The notes under the pieces were generated by a model. It made no database searches, was not told the DNA's origin, and saw only the letters and a list, made by a program, of their open reading frames with translations. A stretch of 64,000 nt of DNA. Source: Verrucomicrobiota bacterium (GTDB lineage Bacteria; Verrucomicrobiota; Verrucomicrobiia; Limisphaerales; UBA11358). Of this stretch, positions 57,391 through 64,000 are shown piece by piece. How positions within the stretch are numbered: position 1 is the stretch's first letter; the number at the start of each line of letters is the position of its first letter. The stretch is taken from NCBI GenBank assembly GCA_049516255.1, contig JBEKTH010000005.1, forward strand, positions 7,798-71,797, in the 5' to 3' direction. A program made the position numbers and the translations under genes.

Positions 57391-57517
57391 CTACCGGAAC
57401 TGCAAATAAACCCGGCTGCCGTCGCTGCGCACGCCGCCGGTCTGATTCTCCGTCAGAAACAGCCGCGAAGCCTCCACCTTGCCCGTCGACAGAATGTAGG
57501 CGCGCACGGCCTTGGCG
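57391..57517 (-). pseudogene. Orphan 3' fragment duplicated from the DUF748 gene
   Basis: 57393-57517 is identical to 59703-59827 except for 2 mismatches. It would encode AKAVRAYILSTGKVEASRLFLTENQTGGVRSDGSRVYLQFR plus a stop. The upstream part of ORF 57391..57798 has no counterpart. Confidence 0.75.
57393..57517. repeat. 125-nt direct repeat, copy 1
   Basis: Hand alignment with 59703-59827 gives 123 of 125 identical. Confidence 0.9.
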
Positions 57518-57580
57518 TTTTCGGGCGATTCCGGGCGCGGTTGACTGACCGCTGCCAGTGACGGGCCGGTCACCACAAGG

Positions 57581-59518
57581 TTATGGTCGTGCCTGTTGCA
57601 ACAGGATACAAGCCGGTTGCACGCCCAGGTTGCAGGCCTGCTCCAGCAGCGCCTTCGCCCGTTGCTCGTCTCGAGGCACACCGTCGCCATTGTGATACAG
57701 CCGGGCCAGATACAGGCAGCTCTGGCCGTCCTGAAGGTCGGCGGCTTTTTGCAGCCAGAGCGCGGCGGCGGCGTGGTCGGGCGGACCGCCTTCGCCATTG
57801 AGCTGCATTCGAGCCAGATTTTTGTATGCGTTCAAATCCCCGAGTGCAGCCGCTTGCCCGTAGAATTTGCGGGCCTTGGCTTTGTCCACCGGATGACCGC
57901 GGCCGACGTCGTAAGCATAGCCCACCAGGAAAGATGGCAATCCGTTGGTGGATTGCAGACAGGTTTGCTCGAGAGTGGCCAACGCCTGCTCCATGCCGGC
58001 CTGGGTTTCGAGCCTCTCGGAAAAGAGATATTCAATGGCGAGGTGGGTGCAGGCATCCGGGTTGCCATGCTCACAACCTCGAAGGAAATAGTGAATGGCT
58101 TCTGCCGAATTGGTGGGGACGAATTTTCCCTCCGCGTAAATTGAACCTATTTGGTCGTCCAAAATGCCGATGGCCTGCTCACGGTTGAGTGGTCCCGTGG
58201 CGCTGGTGTTGCCGACCGGCTTGGAGGGGTCATCCAAATCCTCCCGGGTCAGGCGGTCCAGGATGAGCCGCAGGTTGGCCACCGCACGGGGCCGTTTTTC
58301 CTCGGCTGCCTTCCACCAGAATCCCAACGTCGAGCCGGGGTGTGGTGCCTGCACAAAACCGGTGGCCAGCATGACCAGAAAAAGCGCCACCCAGCCGCCC
58401 ATGTAGGCCAGGTTCATCTTGCGCTGGCCAATCAGCATTTCCCAGCGCCCGAATCTTCCCATGACGCCGAGCCCGGCCAAACGATCCAGCAGCGGCGTCA
58501 ACAGGTTTAGCAACGGCACCAGCAACAACTTGTCATAAAATGTCGGCGCCCCGAGGACATCGAGAACGATGTAGGCGCCAAACACGCCCGCGCCGTAGAG
58601 GCTGCCGAACAGGATTTTTCCCAGGCTGCTGCGCGGTGTGGTCGCCGGATCCGTCATCAACAGATGCAACCCCAGAAAGACCGCGATGGGGATGTTCGAG
58701 TCGATGAAGAGATAAACGCCGGTTACCCTGAGGTAAAGCAGGCTGAGCAGGCCGAGCGCGGCGGCCGCCGAAAAAGTCATCAACGTGACGAGAAAGAAAT
58801 ACTGGACCACCAGCCCGCATAAAAAGATTTCCGTGTAAAGGTAAGGGGGAAGACCCTGGGTCAGGGCAATCGGTTCGCCCCAGGTGCAGCCGGTGTTTTT
58901 CGTGCAAATCAGAACCAGTGAAAAGAGCGTCAGGGCAAAGGCGGAGGGATTGAAAATATGGGTTATCTTCCCATCCCGCCGCCAGCGGATAAAATGCTTG
59001 GCCAGCACCCCCGTGGCGACCATCAGGAATTGAAACACATACCAGTCATCCCGAAACCACAGGAACAGGTTGGTGCTGAAAATAATCGGCCACGGCCCGA
59101 AACCCAGCCGCCAGGGTTGCCCCCGGGACCAGGTCAACAATGCGTCGAAGATGTAAAAGAAGACCACCTGCGAAAGGATCAGCGGTGCTTCCGTGTAAAC
59201 CTCCCGCCAATACCAGCCCCAGTAGACATAGATGGCGAACTGTACCGTTGCTTGGACATAGTGCGATGGTACCGGTACAAACTCCCATCGCAAGCCGGGC
59301 TTATTGCGCCCGGTCACCAGAAACAGAACCAACTGCCAGCCCGCCAGAAACCCCGCAACCCCGCAGAATGTCCATGCCAGATGCGGATTGGTTCGTCCGC
59401 GAGAAATAAAGCCCAATGCCAGAAACACTCCCGTCAGCAACAGCAACATGGCCAATGGGCGGCGCACGCGAGGTTCCGGCGAAGGGGTGTTCGGTTGCGG
59501 GCTCATCAACGATGGCAT
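57581..59518 (-). CDS. Fusion protein: N-terminal polytopic membrane domain (RnfD/NqrB-like) plus C-terminal Sel1 repeats
   Basis: 645 aa with about 10 TM segments and LLMTDPATTP, reminiscent of the RnfD/NqrB motif. The C-terminal third has Sel1 repeats (KFYGQAAALGDLNAYKNLARMQLNGEG, LWLQKAADLQDGQSCLYLARLYHNGDGV). Confidence 0.65.
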   Translation of the reverse strand: MPSLMSPQPNTPSPEPRVRRPLAMLLLLTGVFLALGFISRGRTNPHLAWTFCGVAGFLAGWQLVLFLVTGRNKPGLRWEFVPVPSHYVQATVQFAIYVYWGWYWREVYTEAPLILSQVVFFYIFDALLTWSRGQPWRLGFGPWPIIFSTNLFLWFRDDWYVFQFLMVATGVLAKHFIRWRRDGKITHIFNPSAFALTLFSLVLICTKNTGCTWGEPIALTQGLPPYLYTEIFLCGLVVQYFFLVTLMTFSAAAALGLLSLLYLRVTGVYLFIDSNIPIAVFLGLHLLMTDPATTPRSSLGKILFGSLYGAGVFGAYIVLDVLGAPTFYDKLLLVPLLNLLTPLLDRLAGLGVMGRFGRWEMLIGQRKMNLAYMGGWVALFLVMLATGFVQAPHPGSTLGFWWKAAEEKRPRAVANLRLILDRLTREDLDDPSKPVGNTSATGPLNREQAIGILDDQIGSIYAEGKFVPTNSAEAIHYFLRGCEHGNPDACTHLAIEYLFSERLETQAGMEQALATLEQTCLQSTNGLPSFLVGYAYDVGRGHPVDKAKARKFYGQAAALGDLNAYKNLARMQLNGEGGPPDHAAAALWLQKAADLQDGQSCLYLARLYHNGDGVPRDEQRAKALLEQACNLGVQPACILLQQARP

Positions 59519-59700
59519 TTGCTCAAATTCAATGCGCGGATAATCACCGGCAAAGGCATAGGGTTGAAAACATACTGGCTTGGAAATGGTAAAATTTGAA
59601 GTGAAATTTCCAGAGATCCTTTTCCATTGTATCAGGTAATTTTATAAGACCACCGAAGGGCCCTGAATTGCGGGTTCCACCACCGCAACGGCTGTTGGTG

Positions 59701-62700
59701 TCACCGGAACTGCAAATAAGCCCGACTGCCGTCGCTGCGCACGCCGCCGGTCTGATTCTCCGTCAGAAACAGCCGCGAAGCCTCCACCTTGCCCGTCGAC
59801 AGAATGTAGGCGCGCACGGCCTTGGCGCGTTCGGTCGCCAGGGCTTCGAAGTCGTTGTCGGTGACGGGAATTGACGCCAGCAATAAAACCTCCAACGGGT
59901 CGGCGGGTGGCGCGAGTTTCGGCTGTCCCGGTGCAGCAGTCATGTTGCCGGAAGTGGATGACGCGGAGGGGTGCAAGCTGTTCATCATAATCGTCACGTC
60001 TTTTTGAACTTTTGGTGATCGAGATTGGATCTGGGCCATCGCGGCCACGAGATTCGTATTTGCGGCCAGCACGGCCGGTGTGATTTGGCCATCGGCCCAC
60101 GCTTTGGCATACAGCTTTTTCACCAAACTCGCGTGCTCTTCCGGTGTCAGCGTGACCTGCTCGGGCGTCAGGGTGGCCTGCTCGGATTTGCGGAGTGACA
60201 GCCATTTCTTGACGTGGAGTTGTTTTTCCAGGAAGACGCGCTGCAATCCGTCCTTGTCGGCGACCAAATCGTCACTGCCGGAAATTTCCAGGTTAACTGC
60301 CGGGTGCACGTAGAGTCCCTTGACCAGGGTATCCAGTTTTTGTTTGTCGGCGGGTGTCAGCTCCGCGTTGCCGGTGGCGAAATCTTCGTAGCTCAATTCC
60401 TCGCCACCGCCGAAGGCGGCGCCAATCAGCGAGAAGGGCGAGGTGGCGACCTTGGTGAGAATGTTTACAATGGCGCGGGTGACAACCTTGCTGATGCGGA
60501 ATTTAGGGTCATCGAGGCTGCCTTCCACCGGCACGTCCAGGACAATCTTTCCATTACGGTCCTTGAGAATCGCGATGGCGAGGCGCACGGGCAAATGCGT
60601 CGCGTCGGGACTGTTTACCCGTTCGCCGAAGGTGAACTGGTCCAACGTAATGACATTCTTTGACTTCAATTTTTGCCCCACCAGATCGTACGCGAGGTCC
60701 AGGTTCAGTTTGCCCATGGCAATGCGGTAGCCGGCGAACTTCGCCGCGTAGGGACTCGCGGGTGTCAAATCCACGTTTTTCACCGAAACCTGTAAATGAT
60801 TCGTTTCGGTGCCGCTGAACGGATTGATCTGGCCGGTGACGTCCACCGGGCCGACCCCGTCCACGGCCGCGTGCAGGTTCACGTCGGCGTGCTGAAGTTC
60901 CTCGGAGGAAATACCCGCAATCGTCCCGCTGGCCTGCAAAACGGTCAGGTGCACGTTGGGCGTGAGCGAGCGGTCGGTGAAACTGAGCGTGGCATTGGAA
61001 ATGACAATGTTATCCACGGAGATTTTCGGCAGCGACAAGGCCGGCGATGCGGAAGTTGTGGTGGTGGACTTTTGGGCGGCCACGACGGCATTAGTGGCGG
61101 CGGGTGCGTTGGCTTCGGCCGGGTGCAACGCCGTCAGCAAATTGATGGTGTGATTGGTTTCGATCACGACGCGCGCATAGGCGTTGTCCAGGGCAATTTC
61201 CTTTATGGCGACGGACTGGGGATTCAGGTTCGCTGCGATGCCGCTAAACCGCAGGGAATCCCATTTCAACAAGTCCTGGCCCATCACGCCGTCCACGGTG
61301 CGGAAATCGTCGAGCCGCGCGTCGCCGTTGAACGTGACTCGCGGCAGTTCGTTTTCCGGCGTGCGCAGACTGATTTTTCCGTCCAGCCCGAGCCGGCTGC
61401 CGAGGATGAACAGGTTTACCTTGGGTTCGAGATAGGGATCGAGCGTGCCGAGGTCCAGATTGGAGAGCGACAGTTGGAAGTCGGCGGTCGTTGGCGAAAA
61501 GGTGGCGGCGATTTCCGTATGGATGGCGCCGTTGGTGTTCCAGCGCAGGGACAGGTCGGCGGTCAGGTTCGTGTGCGGAAGATTGGAAATGTTTTTGGCC
61601 GTGAACGTGATGTCATCCAAATCCAGCCGGGCCGGGCGCGAATTCACCAGGTCTTCGAGATGCAACGCGCAATTTGTGAAATCCACGTCGTGGATGGTCC
61701 CGCTCCACTGGTTCGTGCTGTTGAGCAGCATGGCGACGGCGTTGGTGACCGAGCGCAACAGCAACAAAATGCCGCCCGGGGCGTTCGTCGCGGTCTCAAC
61801 CGATTTGGCGGCTTCCAGGGCGTTGATGGAAGCGTCCTTGTCGCGTTGCAAAAACAACTGCGCGCCGCCGGCGGACAACGAATCCACCTCCGCCTGCCGC
61901 GCCTCCAGATCCACGCTTGCGCCGGTCACGGCGAAGTGCGTCAAGTCGACGATGTCGTTGCTGGCACCCGTTTGGGCGAGCCGGAAATCGCGCAGAGAAA
62001 AATCGGTGTTCGTGACCGCGGCGACGCGGTTGCTCACGCTGAGTTCAAAGCGGTAATCCGACTTCACGCCAACCACGCCGCTGCGGATTTCAAAGTGCAC
62101 GAAGTCCTGGTACAACGGCGCATATTTGTTAAGGGTGAGGTCGTCGAGCGTCAGCTCGCCCTGGGAACGCAACGGGTCCAGGTAAAAAAAGCCGCTCCAC
62201 GCGAACCGTTCACCCGCATCGGTGGTGCCGGCGAACGAATAGGGATTTTTATTGTCCGGGGCGGTGCGGAAATTTTGCAGCGTTACATTGAGCGGGCCGA
62301 TGACCCGTTTGAACGGTTCGCGCGTGGTGTAGTCACTGAACGAGGCCGAGGCGCCGGTGATTTGCAGCCGGCCGACGCGCAGTGCCAGCGGCTTGGCCGG
62401 CACAGCCGGCGCGGTGGTGGGCGCATTCGTCGAGAATTTGGCGACCAGGTCGGAAAAATTCAGTGTGTAATCCTTGTTGATCTGCATTCGGGCATAGGGC
62501 TTGGTCACGCGGATTTCCTTGAAAACCCAGGCATGGCCAAGGAAGGATGACAACTGGAAGTTCACATAAACCTCGTCCCACGAGATGAACGGCTGGCCGT
62601 CCTTGTCCTTGATGAGCAGCCCGCGCACGGTCGTCGAAAGCACGAACGGATTGATTTTGACCTTTTCAATCGTGACCTCGCGGTCGAGCTGCCGGGACAA

Positions 62701-62850
62701 CTGTTTGACGGCAACGGCGCGGAGGATCGGCGGCAGGATGAAGAAGCCGAGAATGGCGTAGAACAACAGCAGGCCGAGAATCCAGCGCACGACTTTACGC
62801 CGTCGCGGCGAAACCGGACTTCCAAGGTCGGTCTTAATCATTGCAGCCAT
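59701..62850 (-). CDS. DUF748-domain (AsmA-like) large envelope protein with an OmpA-like C-terminal tail
   Basis: 1049 aa. N-terminal TM helix followed by ILPPILRAVAVKQLSRQLDREVTIEKVKINPFVLSTTVRGLLIKDKDG, typical of DUF748. Confidence 0.7.
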   Translation of the reverse strand: MAAMIKTDLGSPVSPRRRKVVRWILGLLLFYAILGFFILPPILRAVAVKQLSRQLDREVTIEKVKINPFVLSTTVRGLLIKDKDGQPFISWDEVYVNFQLSSFLGHAWVFKEIRVTKPYARMQINKDYTLNFSDLVAKFSTNAPTTAPAVPAKPLALRVGRLQITGASASFSDYTTREPFKRVIGPLNVTLQNFRTAPDNKNPYSFAGTTDAGERFAWSGFFYLDPLRSQGELTLDDLTLNKYAPLYQDFVHFEIRSGVVGVKSDYRFELSVSNRVAAVTNTDFSLRDFRLAQTGASNDIVDLTHFAVTGASVDLEARQAEVDSLSAGGAQLFLQRDKDASINALEAAKSVETATNAPGGILLLLRSVTNAVAMLLNSTNQWSGTIHDVDFTNCALHLEDLVNSRPARLDLDDITFTAKNISNLPHTNLTADLSLRWNTNGAIHTEIAATFSPTTADFQLSLSNLDLGTLDPYLEPKVNLFILGSRLGLDGKISLRTPENELPRVTFNGDARLDDFRTVDGVMGQDLLKWDSLRFSGIAANLNPQSVAIKEIALDNAYARVVIETNHTINLLTALHPAEANAPAATNAVVAAQKSTTTTSASPALSLPKISVDNIVISNATLSFTDRSLTPNVHLTVLQASGTIAGISSEELQHADVNLHAAVDGVGPVDVTGQINPFSGTETNHLQVSVKNVDLTPASPYAAKFAGYRIAMGKLNLDLAYDLVGQKLKSKNVITLDQFTFGERVNSPDATHLPVRLAIAILKDRNGKIVLDVPVEGSLDDPKFRISKVVTRAIVNILTKVATSPFSLIGAAFGGGEELSYEDFATGNAELTPADKQKLDTLVKGLYVHPAVNLEISGSDDLVADKDGLQRVFLEKQLHVKKWLSLRKSEQATLTPEQVTLTPEEHASLVKKLYAKAWADGQITPAVLAANTNLVAAMAQIQSRSPKVQKDVTIMMNSLHPSASSTSGNMTAAPGQPKLAPPADPLEVLLLASIPVTDNDFEALATERAKAVRAYILSTGKVEASRLFLTENQTGGVRSDGSRAYLQFR
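59703..59827. repeat. 125-nt direct repeat, copy 2 (3' end of the DUF748 gene)
   Basis: See copy 1. Confidence 0.9.
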
Positions 62851-62946
62851 TCCGGTGCGAAAGCATCCGCGGAAGCGGGCGGGCCGTCAACTCTTTCGGC
62901 GGGGTTGCGTTGTCCGTTCAAATCACAAAGCCGGGCTGATCCGGTT

Positions 62947-64000
62947 TCACGGCTCGTCCGGCAGAAGTTTGACGAAATACACGTCGTTCTGCCGCATGGG
63001 GAAGGTTCGGACAAAGGGTTTGCCCGCTTCAATCTGGATGGTCTCCACCGTTTGGGGCGACCCGCTGCTCTGTTCGCGCAGAATCGCGACCTGGGCCGGC
63101 GTCAATTGCGACGGTGACCCGAGATCAAGATAACCCGTGAAGACATCATTAACGCGGTAACCGGTCTGGTAAATCTCCAGCGTATAGCTTCCGGCCGTAA
63201 GATTGGTGATGCAGAGCTGAACCCGGCCGTTTTCCCTGGCAGGTATCTCGTGTTGATAGAACTGCTGATCGTTCATTCCCGACGGTGGCACAATGGGTGT
63301 GTAATTCCAGAAAAGTGCCTGGACGGAATGGTCCGGGTTCTGACATACCCAGGAGGCCGGGTCAGGATTGACCAGTTCAGATTGACCCAGTTCGTTCAGG
63401 AACTTGAACGCGTAGAACGCGGGCTTTTTCAAATCCTGGTAATTGATCAGCCCGAAACCGCCGTGGAACGGAGTCATCCGCGGACCGCCTTCTTCAAATA
63501 TATCGGTGAACACCCAGTAAGACATCGAGTCCACGGACTGGTAGGCGCCTTTGACCTTGCTCAGGATGAAGGCCGCCTGCTGGTAGGTGTCGTGCATGAA
63601 ATCGGTGGGCGTGTAGGCCGAACTCCATTCCGTGAAATGCAACGGGAGGCCGGGCATCGGTGAATGATCAATCATCTGCCGCTCGCCGACCATCCGGCCA
63701 ATGACCGAATTGGGATCGGCATCAATCACCGTTCCGTGCTGGCCGGTTTCATCCAAATACCCCTCCTTGACGCCATAAGAATGGCTGGACACGAAGTCGA
63801 GCGGCACGTTGTTGCTGTGACAAAAATCAATGAATGATTTGTCCCACTGGCCTATCGCCGTGGCCGGACCACCCACGCGATAATCCGGTGAAACGCCCTT
63901 GATGGCCCCGGCGGTGACGGCATACAGCTTGAAATAATCGTCCTTCGTGCCGGTCCAGAAGCCGTCATGCAAATCGGGTTCATTCCAAACCTCGAAATAC
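62947..64000 (-). CDS. GH39-like glycoside hydrolase (beta-xylosidase family), C-terminal part; the gene continues past the right window edge
   Basis: PLDFVSSHSYGV and LHFTEWSSAYTPTDFMHDTYQQAAF motifs. The reading frame stays open to position 64000. Confidence 0.7.
   Translation of the reverse strand, partial: YFEVWNEPDLHDGFWTGTKDDYFKLYAVTAGAIKGVSPDYRVGGPATAIGQWDKSFIDFCHSNNVPLDFVSSHSYGVKEGYLDETGQHGTVIDADPNSVIGRMVGERQMIDHSPMPGLPLHFTEWSSAYTPTDFMHDTYQQAAFILSKVKGAYQSVDSMSYWVFTDIFEEGGPRMTPFHGGFGLINYQDLKKPAFYAFKFLNELGQSELVNPDPASWVCQNPDHSVQALFWNYTPIVPPSGMNDQQFYQHEIPARENGRVQLCITNLTAGSYTLEIYQTGYRVNDVFTGYLDLGSPSQLTPAQVAILREQSSGSPQTVETIQIEAGKPFVRTFPMRQNDVYFVKLLPDEP

Noticed and set aside
57391-57798. 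ORF 57391..57798(-) as an intact 135-aa gene.
   Set aside because: Only its last ~41 codons match anything (the DUF748 3' end). The rest overlaps the 3' end of the RnfD-like/Sel1 gene in another frame. It is treated as a gene remnant.

Overview
High-GC bacterial chromosomal window. PEP-CTERM and choice-of-anchor-Q surface proteins, Sel1 fusions and a dense short-repeat flora suggest a Verrucomicrobiota/Planctomycetota-like organism; this is inference only, and all family names come from motif recognition, not searches. Left third: partial ppdK, then a complete bidirectional NAD-linked [NiFe]-hydrogenase operon (hoxE-F-U-Y-H, hoxW) and the maturation genes hypA-hypB (minus strand) and hypF-C-D-E (plus strand), followed by adk, a radical SAM gene, and patatin and pirin genes. 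Middle: secreted or surface proteins, namely a GH106-like hydrolase, a PEP-CTERM protein, two paralogous clan GH-A hydrolases, a beta-helix choice-of-anchor-Q protein and a GH79-like enzyme. This part also holds two tandem orphan receiver genes, a Na+/H+ antiporter and a Sel1 protein. Right third: rhomboid protease, a DHOD-like gene, a four-helix-bundle (23S rRNA IVS family) gene, nifJ (PFOR), a Pat-like ACS/GNAT fusion and a GNAT. These are followed by a NarL-type two-component pair, a PocR/AraC regulator, an AT-rich islet of three small genes, aroE, pilD, an RnfD-like/Sel1 fusion, a DUF748 protein and a partial GH39. I saw no rRNA, tRNA, CRISPR, transposase or integrase. The most unusual signal is a population of short structured repeats. 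Arms built from heptanucleotide units form an IVS-like cassette around the four-helix-bundle gene, and related arms occur as an empty hairpin (hypD/hypE) and as solo arms in the hyp cluster. hypF carries about five in-frame insertions of dispersed repeats yet stays open. Other points: foreign genes sit inside the hox operon, two of them frameshifted; a 125-nt, 98 percent identical direct repeat brackets the RnfD-like/Sel1 gene; one islet gene has an in-frame TAG.
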